Source: Curvularia clavata
Lineage: Eukaryota
DNA length: 64,000 nt
Assembly: GCA_023920165.1 (NCBI GenBank)
Contig: CP089275.1
Span: 2,790,001 to 2,854,000, forward strand
Direction of reading: 5' to 3'
Part shown: positions 11,913 to 22,758 of the stretch, in pieces
Numbering within the stretch: position 1 is the stretch's first letter
Layout of the letters: each line of letters starts with the position of its first letter
The notes under the pieces: generated by a model
Databases searched by the model: none
Told to the model about the DNA's origin: nothing
The model's input: the letters and a program-made list of their open reading frames with translations, nothing else
Translations under genes and position numbers: made by a program

Positions 11913-12292
11913 CAGCCATGGGACAAAGGTTTCGCCTCGCAAGCGAAATTCTCACTAAAATAAGCCAACTTCATAGCAATATATTTTGATAACTGGTTAT
12001 AGCTTTAAAGCTAGCAAATTTTGATTTTATCCAAATTTACTAGCAAAAATCCCAAAAAGGACATCGTTGGCATTTTTTAAATTTACTCTGAAATGTTACA
12101 ATCCAAGATTTCTTTACCAAAATTTAAACATAATTTAGTTGATACTAACTTAAATGAGTTTTCTTTTAGATATCCAAATTTCAAAGCGTTTTAAATGGTG
12201 ATTATCAAGATGTTTGAATTTTAAGATAGCAGCACTTGGGCGACGCTTGGTAGGGTTTGGATTGGCGAGGCGAAACCTTTGTCTTAGTACCA
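11913..12292. mobile_element. MITE-like non-autonomous DNA transposon relic
   Basis: Perfect 19-bp inverted repeat GACAAAGGTTTCGCCTCGC (11922-11940) / GCGAGGCGAAACCTTTGTC (12265-12283) flanking an AT-rich non-coding core. The left end reads TA|CAGCCATGG. The outermost right end is degenerate. Confidence 0.7.
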
Positions 12293-13578
12293 TCATCAAC
12301 GTTCATACAACATTGATTTCCTTTCTTTTCCGACATCAACAAGTAGTCAAATCTGATTTCAGAAATCTTCTTGTTTGTTAAGATTTTTTTTCATATCGTA
12401 CAGCTTAATTCCACCCAGTACGATGGTACTCAAAAGCTTCACCCCTCCACCAAGTTGCCACAGACTTCGCATTTCCTATGCAAGACACTCCATGCCGTCC
12501 CATCGTCATCATTCCACTGATATATAGCAAATCAGACTAGCAGCCGTTAACACACGTACGTACCCCACGCGAAAATTCAATAGCCTAAGTGTAGAACAAC
12601 AAGCTATCACCCCACAGTAGCGCAGGGATTAGAAATGCATGCATGTACATACGTACATGCAGATGGCTGCAGATCCCAGCGATTACAAGCAGCCGGATCC
12701 TACAAAATCTTCCTGTCGCTTACGGCTTAGACGCCTTTTACGAGAAATGGGGTGGGGGGATTGGGCGTTCAACGGGCGTTCTTGGCACTCGGCAGTGTAA
12801 GACGATCAGCGAGGCGAAGGCGGGATAGTTTGACCAAACTCATGGTGGCTGTTCTCAGCGGGTGGGGAATATGCATGTCAGAGGGGAGGGAAAGTAGACG
12901 ACGGCTTGAATTCACGGGGTGTATATTGATATGTGGATTTTACGGATATGACGGCTATCTATCCGGGGAGGAGAACGTATCTACAGGGTGAAGGTTCACG
13001 AGTGTGAAAATCCAAAGACGTCGAATTCGACCGCCTACTATTTCATGCTTTATGGAGGGAAAATAGCTACTTCCTTCCCCTAGCTTTGTTGAAATCACAC
13101 TTCGCTTCCGTGCATATGAGAAAGGACCAAAAATGAAGTACCTCTGTTCATTCAGGAATTCTTCTTCTCCTTGCAGGTTGATACCTAAAAGTATCATAGA
13201 GATATTCATCGTTCCCGGTCCAACCAGGGACTCCCTCCCGAGGTCGTCTCCCATCCATACCAACACCACATACCCAATCATCGCCCACCACCTCATGTGT
13301 ATACCTGCCCCCATGTGCATTATCATATCCTCATCATATGGTGCTGAAACCTTTCATATCCCCTTTTTTAAGTTTCCCGTTCCTACAAACCCATAGATAC
13401 CCCCAACGCCAACGCACAGCCCAATTCATGAAGCTCAGAGGTTACCGCCCACCCATCATGCCTTGCCTCCTCATGATAGCGCTAAAAACAAAAACAAAAA
13501 CCCATCCCAAACAAGAAACGAAATGAGCATGTCCGACATCATCAAACAAAGAAAAGCCAGCCCCACCCCCACGTTGCC

Positions 13579-14439
13579 TCAAAAACGCCCATGAAACTCA
13601 TTCGTGGATGCAAGCCTACTCGCCTCCATCTGCAGATACTGCGCTATCCTCTGGTCGGGACAGTGGGTGTGTTGGCGAAGTAAGTCCTTTAGCGCCCTTA
13701 CTTCGGCCTGGAGGAGATCTCTCTCCGCCTTAAGCAGCCGATTCTTACGCTCAAATAGTCGGGATCGCTCGACTAGCTGTTCCTGCTCGTGTTTTTGCTT
13801 GCTTCGGCATTTGCTGGCTGCGCGTCGGTTCTTCTCGAGGTAGATGGCGCGGGCGGAGCCCGGTTCCACGTATTCCGTGTTGCGTCGTCGTCGAGTTGTG
13901 GTTGGGACGGCGGCGGTAATGGGAGTGGGGGGGTTTGTAGTGGTTGGCGGGTGCTGAGAGGAAGTATCATCTTCCCTGGAGTAGAGACTGTCCCGGCGTG
14001 GATACATGTCTTGGCTGACGGGTGAGGCCGAGCTGCTCGTATCAAAGTTCGACTTCGAGGGTGATGTGCTTGATGGGCTGTCATAGTATCCGGTAGCTTG
14101 ATTGGCGGGCGTGAATACGGGCGGCGAAAGAGCAACTGGGTTGACGTTTGTCGTCGATATCGGGTTTGGACTGGGCTGTGGCTGCGAAGCTAACACTGGT
14201 TGTGTATGCTGCTGTGCGATTGACCAAGGAATCGAGTTCCAATCGTAGGCAGGTGTTTGCCCGGGGTTCTGCTGCTGCAAGGCTCGGAAATTGTAGTTTG
14301 TTGATTCAGGCGTTTCAGTCGTGTTGTAGTGGTTGAAAAAGTGCCCATTGCCTGCTGACATTGCAGAAATGGCCTGAGCGTATGGATCAGATTCCCCGAA
14401 CGAATGGCTGCGGAGAGGAAACAAAATAGTAGTCGTCAT
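13579..14439 (-). CDS. bZIP transcription factor, ATF/CREB (AtfB-like) type; start uncertain (14439 or 14361)
   Basis: Basic region YLEKNRRAASKCRSKQK followed by a leucine heptad and the LRQHTHCPDQRIAQYL tail typical of fungal Atf proteins. Confidence 0.88.
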   Translation of the reverse strand: MTTTILFPLRSHSFGESDPYAQAISAMSAGNGHFFNHYNTTETPESTNYNFRALQQQNPGQTPAYDWNSIPWSIAQQHTQPVLASQPQPSPNPISTTNVNPVALSPPVFTPANQATGYYDSPSSTSPSKSNFDTSSSASPVSQDMYPRRDSLYSREDDTSSQHPPTTTNPPTPITAAVPTTTRRRRNTEYVEPGSARAIYLEKNRRAASKCRSKQKHEQEQLVERSRLFERKNRLLKAERDLLQAEVRALKDLLRQHTHCPDQRIAQYLQMEASRLASTNEFHGRF

Positions 14440-17240
14440 ATCGACTCGGTGAGGCTGATTCGAATCAGATGGAGGCCACGGCAACGTCGGAGAACTCCGA
14501 GTGGGAACAGGCTGCAGTTATGATTTGTAACGTGTCGGTCATGAAAAATCAACGTGGAAAAACACTAAAAATAAGCTGCTGGAACACAGATGTGGTCTAT
14601 AAGATACAGTTAGTTTGGGTGTTGTGACTCGGCGGAAGGGGCACTGGAGTTATATTACGGACATGATGATTGCCGTTGTAGTTTGAAGCCTCGTCATGCT
14701 AGGGGAAAGACCCATCTGTTCACCAACGGTCGGGGTAACCCCGACCATGGGCGACACATCTGAAGCAGTGACCCTTACCCCGACTGCATACAGTTTGCAG
14801 CTGGGTCGCGCCCTCGCTAGCAATAGCCGAGCGCGTGCGCGTTGACTCAAGGGTTAACTACTAACGGCGGATTGATACGCCAGCCAACGGTTTACCTAGG
14901 AGGCAAATGATCATGAGGGGCCGAAGACCTGGCTTGCAGGATCAGCCATGAAGAGTGGGTTTACAGAGGACTCGGACTTGGTGTCCGCAGCCAATCATCG
15001 AGGTGTGTCGAGTTGCAATAGCGAGGCAAACAAAGACAAGCTGAGATGCATTGAAACCGTCTTGTTCCCGTCAAAGTCTCACGGCGGCGGGTGAGGCTTG
15101 TCTGACAATAGGTGTGGTGGAAGCATTAGATGCGTCGTTGGATCTGTATGGCAGGGTACATTGCGCGGAGCGGCGGGATGTCGGTCGAAATTCTCAGAAA
15201 GGGAATCGTGTCAAGGGCAATGGAATGCACTCGACTTCCCCGCCGCTAGTTCTGCTAGTCACTGGTGGTATGGGTACAGATAAGCCCTTTAAATTCTGCT
15301 CTAAACCCATTTGTGCCATGGCTTTTGAAAGCTGCTGCATTTCCCATGTTTGTACGTGACCGCCTTGGGCTCACTGCAGCGGCAGACCCAACCGCGACCA
15401 GTCAGACGCACCGACTGGAGCTGAACAAACAAGGGTTTGAGGAAATTGGCAATGACCTCAAAGGTTATACTTGTCAGCCCGTGTATCTGCCCATTGGTGG
15501 CTGGCCTTGCTCGCCAAATCATACCTCACCAAGTCCTCTCGGCTACGCTTGCGACAATTCTACACCGTTCAAGAGCGACAATCTTAGCCTTTCGCTCTTA
15601 TTAAATGTGTAGAATTGCGAAGGATGCGATGGGGAACTGTTGGGCGACAGCTAGAACCCCATGCCGTGCCGCGAAGCTGATAGACCCCTACCTACCGCTC
15701 CTCGGAGCCCTTTCCACTAGTGACTTTGTGCTCGGAGAGAGGATGCGGTTCCAATCAACGTGAACAAAGTTTCCCTCGTGTCCGCTCGAGATGAAGTCAA
15801 TTGGATAAGCGTTTCGCTATCATGGCATTGTCGGTGCTGTGGAAAAGGTGTGCTGATAGAGTCCACTTTTCTCGTCCGCACATTTGCGACTTGGCCGCCC
15901 AAAACTCAACACCACCGGCACACGGAAGTGCAGTACGAAGCTCGTCGCTATCCAGTCTCCATTTGTACATTTCAACTGGCTAGCTTGTTTCTGGAACCCT
16001 GCCGCCAAGATCAAAAATCCTGGTCAGAAGGGCCAGACCTCGCCAGCTCTCCGCGGCGTACTAGTAGTAACACCATTAGGAGACAAGACCACTGCGGGTA
16101 TTGCCCAGCTTGCACACCAATGAATATGATTGTTTGGTTGGCTACCGAAAGAGCTGAAGCTTCACGGGCCCGGAGGTACTACTCATATTCCAGCCCACTG
16201 TAGCTCGCCAAGAAAAAACGGTTGCACCTTGGGATTATTACTCTTTATCGGAAGCATGTGACGATGACCCGCGCACGCCACATCTAGGTTCCTCAATTCA
16301 ATATACCCTTTGCATTCTTCAGCGATTATCCTTGGACTTTGCCAAAGTCCCTTGCCGACCCACATCCTTCATGGCGCCTTTGCGATGTTCTGTACATGGC
16401 AGGTGCCTTTGTCCTTCTTCCAATACTCAATCTGTGTCACTCGCTTACTGACATGTTCGCAGCTCAACGGCCTCAACAAAACTATCATTCTACCTACAGA
16501 TTCTACATCCACAGTTTCGATTTCCTCCGCCTCAAATTGGGTCTGCGATTCTATTGTTTTCCACGCACTAGGGAGTAACATTCGTTGCATCTAGAGGAGC
16601 CAATCAATGTGCAACGCATTAATAGAATTCCGAACGAAGCAGCAAAGGCCCTTCTGAACCAGAGTACCTGAAACAAGGGGTGCATAGCGTACCGAATATT
16701 CCGCCAGCATACTTTAGCTTAGAGTTTGGTGCCACGTGGGATGGGTGCTACAGCCGACCGGACTGGAACCTAAGTTGGTCTTTATCGACACGTTTGATTC
16801 GGGGGCTATGAGGAGTTATGTGTTGACACATCTCCAGCTCTCGTATTTTGTTTCCTTAGGTCGCTTTGCAGCACAATGTTCTTCCAAATGGAGAAGGTTA
16901 ACTCCAATAAACGGCTATAAGCGGAATCAGAGCCCCACTAAACCCTCTTTCCTGAAGACATCAACCTCGGAATCGAAACCCAACAATAACAAAGTAATAA
17001 GTATCATGTAAGTTGTTGGTGAAGTAGGTTACAACAAAAGCATCACAAAGGCGAAGACTAAGTGCTCAATGCGGATATGGTTTTCCACTGCGGCTGATCA
17101 ACTCCGTCCCCCACTTCGAATGGTACCAACAAATACAGCAGCGCATTCAAGACGCTGCAGTTGCTCTTGCGAACCTTTGTATCAGAGCACTCAATACATG
17201 AAACCAGGTAAACCGAAAAGAACAAGATCTTAACAGAGTG

Positions 17241-18155
17241 ATGCGTGTAGTCGTGTTTGGCGCATCCGGTGTTCAGGGCCGTCATCAAGTTCATGCTCTC
17301 GCACAAGCAGGCCATGACGTTATTGCCGTGAGTCGCAACCCTCAACCACTTCAGATCGATGGAAAGCCGATCGAAACTTTCGCTGCGGACTTTTCCAACA
17401 AAGACGCTATTGAGAAAGTGCTCCAAGGCGCAGAAAGGGTGTTCCTCAATCTCCCATCCACTTCTTTCAACAAATCCGAGCCCATCATCGCCGCAGCAAA
17501 AGACATTGGCGAGGCTGCAAAGAAAGCAAGCGTTCCCTTAATACTATTCAATACCAGTATGCCAGTTCCAAAGCAGCCACAAGACATCACTGCCCAAGAC
17601 GACCGAAGGAAAATGAGGTCCTTGTTACGAGAGTCTGTTCCGGTTATAAGCATTGAGCCCGTGGTTTACCTCGACAATCTTCTTGAGGGCTGGGCTTTGC
17701 CTCCGATTCGCGACCAACAAACTGTTGTCTACTGTCACAAGCCTGATCTCCGGGTATCATGGATCTGCCACCACGATGTCGCACAAATCATGGTCGCTGC
17801 TATGCATCGTCCCGACCTTGCAGGGCGCGATATTCCGGTCGGCGGACCTGAAACCGTTGTACTCTCTGAGCTCACTCAGAAACTAGCAAGAGCTTGGGGT
17901 AGAGAACTCAGCTACGAAAACCAGACTGTGTCGGACTTTTGCGACAAGATTAGCAAAACGATGCAGGGAAGGGGGCTGGATACGGAAACGGTCGTGAGTC
18001 AGATGTTTAAGGCATATACCTACTACAATGAGGCGGAAGATGAGCCATTTAATATCGATATGAAGCCTGTGGTTGAAGAATTGGCGGTGAAGCTGACGCC
18101 GATTGAAGAATGGGCGAAGCACAGAAGCCCTTGGTGCGACAAAGGCTACTACTAG
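17241..18155 (+). CDS. NmrA-like / atypical SDR NAD(P)-binding protein (intronless)
   Basis: N-terminal Rossmann motif VVVFGASGVQG, plus YLDNL, WICHHDVA and GGPE motifs. Confidence 0.88.
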   Translation: MRVVVFGASGVQGRHQVHALAQAGHDVIAVSRNPQPLQIDGKPIETFAADFSNKDAIEKVLQGAERVFLNLPSTSFNKSEPIIAAAKDIGEAAKKASVPLILFNTSMPVPKQPQDITAQDDRRKMRSLLRESVPVISIEPVVYLDNLLEGWALPPIRDQQTVVYCHKPDLRVSWICHHDVAQIMVAAMHRPDLAGRDIPVGGPETVVLSELTQKLARAWGRELSYENQTVSDFCDKISKTMQGRGLDTETVVSQMFKAYTYYNEAEDEPFNIDMKPVVEELAVKLTPIEEWAKHRSPWCDKGYY

Positions 18156-18514
18156 TCATGAGGCCAAGATATACAGATAGAGTAAAGTCGCATGTATTTC
18201 CCCAAAGGATCTGACAGGATCGTAACCTTGGACAAACCGAAACATGTTAGGGGAGTGAACGAATAGCATCACATAAGGTTCAGCCATACAAAGAGCGTGT
18301 CAGGGCTCGATAGGCGTTGAGTTGTGTTACAGTATAACATCAAAGAAGGGATAGAGATATGAAGTTGAGCTTTCGTCAAGGAGGTAAAGGAATTCAGGGA
18401 GCATAGTGCTCGGCTGAATACCCGAAAAAAATATCAACATCCTACAAAGACGCCACACAAACCCCACCCCATACATCCATCTCGCGTACCAAATCTAAAA
18501 TAAAAATAAACCCC

Positions 18515-19042
18515 TCACATTCCACCTCCACTCGGGACATACACGTTATCTTGCAACGGCTTCCCCCACTCACCAATCCCATCGCCCCTCAACCTTTGCA
18601 CCTTGAGCGCCACACTCTCCGCCTGCCTCAACAAGTCCTCGTCACTCCCCTTTCCCGGCACAAACACCATTTCCATATCCGGCGCTGGCTTGCCAGTACC
18701 TACAAATTTTCCTTCGGCGTCTTTGACATAGTGCGCTAGATACGTGGAGCGCTTCATGGAACGCGTGACGACGGTTTGCCGCACGGTGCCTTGTTTGTGC
18801 GAGAAGGGGTTATAGTTGTGGATACTACGCGAGACGGTGCGGGTTACCATGGGGACGGAGATGGTTTCGTCGGGGTCACCCTGAGAGAGGGTGTCGAGGG
18901 CGAGGCGGGCAGCGGTGTAGGCTGGTGGTGGTTGAGAAGAAGATGAGGCAGCGTCGTGGTATGCTGGCGGTGGATTTTCGCCTGAGGTTGTAGTCGCACT
19001 GGACACGCTCTTTTCGGTAGCCTTTGGGTCTGAAGATGCCAT
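18515..19042 (-). CDS. Hypothetical 175-aa protein with two PPPAY (PPxY) motifs
   Basis: Uninterrupted ORF with AAAATG start context. Low-complexity N-terminus with NPPPAY and QPPPAY. Confidence 0.7.
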   Translation of the reverse strand: MASSDPKATEKSVSSATTTSGENPPPAYHDAASSSSQPPPAYTAARLALDTLSQGDPDETISVPMVTRTVSRSIHNYNPFSHKQGTVRQTVVTRSMKRSTYLAHYVKDAEGKFVGTGKPAPDMEMVFVPGKGSDEDLLRQAESVALKVQRLRGDGIGEWGKPLQDNVYVPSGGGM

Positions 19043-20242
19043 TTTCGCGGTAGCAAGCTGAGACTGAAACGTTGATGTAGACTTGGAGTTTTGGCAACGT
19101 CTCTCTGTGTATTTACTTGTGTATAAACATGAATATATGATGTACTCTTTACCCTTATACGACAGACGCTCCAGCCCTACGCCCTATATGTATCACCAAA
19201 CATCGCCGTTAATCCCCTCAAAGCCACTCCGGCTCAATTACCTTTCCCAAACCTGTGGCCCGACTACATAGGGCGCCCAGCTAAGACGTGTCACATGGCG
19301 AAGCCTCTCTGGTCTGCGCCTCAGCCTCCCGCCATAGCCACGAACAAGAGACCAAATCCAGAGTAGCGCGGCTCGGAAAGGTGGCCGGGAAACACGCCAC
19401 ATGGCCAAACTGCCGGCTCCTTCAAGCAGGGTGGTGGCTGTACAACTCGCAATCACTTACTTTGTTTATTTTCCGCTCCACTCACGAAAGCGTCATTGCG
19501 TGGTCAGCGAAATGCGCCTTGGCCATGGCCACCGTACACCTCCACAACACAAGAACGAGAAAGCGGGGAAAACAGGAACCGGACGTGATGCGGTGGCTGA
19601 CTTTAGCTTAGCCTTGCATTCCTCCTTCCGGCTCCTGCCGATCATATGACGCACTCTCGGGCCAATCACAAATGCAGGATACCCTTTTCAGGCCCTTTTT
19701 CGGGTAATCCAGGTTTCCGGTGCATAAGGTATGTGCATAGGCTTTAAGCTTTTTAGAGGAGGGTGTGGATGCGTGCATGGCGGGGGTTGAGCGTGTGGGT
19801 GGGTGGGTTTGTTGGACTGTGGGATTGCCACGGGGAATGGGGCCCCAATCTTCTCTTCCTACTGCAGGTTTATGGACTGGGGGCGTTCCCATAGGTGTGT
19901 TCCTTTGTAAAGTTTCCATTTGGAAACTTAATGTTTTTCTTGAGGAGAAGTCGGTGAAGTGAGCCTTGGAGTATGCGCACAAGGGCAAAGCATGACCCTT
20001 GAAAAGTAGGATTCTGCCTCGTATTCGGAGCTGGCTGCAATGCAAGGAATTCGGCGTCATGACAAACACAAATGATTTGGCCGATCGAATAGAACACAGC
20101 CTGATTATCATTTATTTGATCCATTCATCGTAATTCGTAGTAGCAATTCTCAGCCACCGATCTTCTATATACAGAGATTTTGGAAGAAAACATCAATTCC
20201 ATTTAGCAACATTCATAAGAGAGCCATCATATTTCATACCCA

Positions 20243-21888
20243 TCACGCGTACTCCTCGTTGAGGTCCTTGTGTACCTTCTCGAGCTTGTGATCGGGCAAG
20301 ATGTTACCGGTAAAGGGCTTACGAGACATGCTGACAATAGCGGGGATGCTCTTGCCCTCGGTGAACATGATTTCCAACTCCTCCAAGCTACGGCCCATGG
20401 TCTCGGGGTAGCAAAAGTACACGACCGGAAGGATAATAGCGGAAATGATGAGGAAAACAAGATAGTACTTCCAGCCGATGGTTTCGATGGCGACCTAGCG
20501 TTTTGCATTAGTAGGAGTAGAAATATAGGAACAAGTAGTGTACGTACAGGTGTCACCATGTTGACGACAAAGTTCCACAGCCAGTGGTTGGCGGTCGAGA
20601 TACCAGCCATAGGCACGCGGAGACGGGTTGGTGCGACCTCAGTGCAGTACAAGAAGTTTGCGCCGAGGAAACCAATGGGGATGAAGAAGTTGAAGAGGAA
20701 GACGAAGAATGCAGAGGCAATCTGGGCAGATTGGTTCGTCTTTGGGTAGCTGGACGCGACGGCCAGAGCCAACATGCAAGAGGCCATACCAGCACCGCTG
20801 AACATGAAGAGCTTGCGACGTCCAAAACGGTCAATAGTGAAGAAGGCGACGAAGCAGGAGAGGAACTTCCATGTCAGGGCACCACCAGAGAGAATGCGCG
20901 AGGTTTCGCTGTTGAGGCCGAGACCTTGTTGGAAGATGATCTATTCAGTTTAGCACAGTTCTTTATAGTTCAAAGTATGGGGAATGGGTGAACTCACAGT
21001 TGAGTAAGTGGAGATGAGATTGCTACCACACATCTGCTGCAAGAACTGGAGGAAAATGCAAAGCGCGAAGCGATAAAATAGCTTATCCTTGCCCATGGTG
21101 AAAATGTCGCTAATCTTGGCTGCGCTGCGACTGGTTTCCTCAAGCGCGAGCTCAATACCAGCAATCTCGGCAGTGATCTCAGGGTCGTGCAAGTCCAGAC
21201 CCTTGAAGCTGGACAGACTAACGCGGGCGTCTTCCACACGGCCCTTGGCGACAAGCCAGCGAGGGGATTCAGGGATGCTGAACACCGCCAGCATGGGAAT
21301 GATGGAGATGACGGTTGGTATCGCGAGAGGGATGCGCCATTGCAGGGGCAAGTTGTCTTGTTCAAAGAAACCCAGGTTGATCCATGCCTCGAGGAGGTAG
21401 CCCAGAGAAATAAAACATCCATCGAGCACGACATGCTTACCACGGTTGGCAGATGACGAGCACTCAGACTGCCAGACGGGAACCGTTGCACTCAAAGCAC
21501 CAACACCTCCTCCGAGGATAAAGCGGCCGACAACAAACTGAGCAAGCTGGAAGCTGGTGCATTGCAATATCTCGCCGACGAGCGTCAGAGCTGCAGCCAG
21601 AAAGATGAGCTTTCGTCGTCCAAGAACGTCTCCGACCCAGGAACACGAAAGAGCACCGAAAAGAGCACCAATGGTGAAGCTAGCAACGACGGCACCTTGC
21701 TTGGTGGAGTTGCTGCTCTTCTCAGCTCCATGCGTATCAATCGTGTTGATCTCAGGAAAGTGGTCGTTCCAGTCGCGGAGGGACAGAAGGCCGCCAACGC
21801 CAGACTGGTTGTATCCAAACAGCACAAAGGCAGGTAGAACGACGAGCAAAAGCTGCGCCGTCTGGAGGGATTTGCCGTTGAGCCCCAT
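20243..21888 (-). CDS. MFS sugar porter, STL1-like hexose/glycerol transporter (two introns, about 20940-20998 and 20496-20547)
   Basis: FGYNQ, GDVLGRR, PVWQSECS, PESPRWL, QQMCGSN, DRFGRR and PETMGRSLEE sugar-porter signatures. Confidence 0.93.
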
Positions 21889-21998
21889 TGTGTCAGACGA
21901 AGGGGAGGTAAAAGCAGGAGAAGGGGAAGAGAGGACTGGACAAGAGAGAGGAGAAAGAAGGCATGTCCCTACTTGTAGTGCAGAACTGGAACTGCGTT

Positions 21999-22187
21999 CC
22001 CCACAATATCAGTAGTGTGGGAGCCATCATGGAGACGCTCCAGCCAATGCATCATTCGACTTTTCTGTCCCCACACCGTGGGGTTGGCTACTGGAGAGGC
22101 AAGGTCGTGGTAGGCTCCGATGGCCGGTTCGGGTAACACCCCATAGACACCGGTGGGAGGAATGATGAAACCTTAGGCAGTGTGGAG
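21999..22187. promoter_or_regulatory. Cluster of CreA/Mig1 consensus (SYGGRG) sites upstream of the sugar porter
   Basis: CCCCAC 21999, CTCCAG 22038, inverted pair CCCCAC-ACC-GTGGGG 22069-22083, CTGGAG 22091 and GTGGAG 22182. Confidence 0.5.
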
Positions 22188-22758
22188 TAAGCGTTTGCGG
22201 TAATCGAGTGCAGGTCAACAATAAAAGACGCAGGGTAAGTCCGCGGCCATAGTTCGGCCTCGCTCGTATCGAGTCGAGCGGCTAGGAGTGAAATCCTTGA
22301 ATTGGTTGCACCGCTATCGCCAGGTTGAGGCTTGCAGTGGGCCGGTTGAGGCTGCGGCTCTGCGGTAAGGATTAAGCTTCTCCAAGAGCGAGCTAGTTTG
22401 CTTGAAAACCTTGATTCGCCTCGTCTCTGATTCGCCGATCCCAACGGCCTCGGCAACTGCTTTCCTCCCCACAGAAGCCGTGCGCGCCCTGTAAGTGTCG
22501 TCCATCGGAAGATGGCAGCTCGTGCGAGGACGAATCTGCTCCGTGTCGAGTCGTTGTGTAGAGCCAGACCGCTCAGTCTTCACCGTGACCCCACGCACAG
22601 CCGTGTATTTATCAGTCGGGCCCCCCACACGCTGTGGACACTCCAAGACGGCATTGCAGATTTGATGCGGCGGATGATGCTGATGGTGGTGATGATGCGG
22701 CTCACACTGTGGAATAGCAGGATAAGAAATTTTCCGATGGATACGGTCAAGAGGATTA

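Noticed and set aside
1..22000. Secondary-metabolite gene cluster (transcription factors, NmrA, MFS)
   Set aside because: No PKS, NRPS, terpene synthase or tailoring enzymes, and the MFS is a sugar porter.
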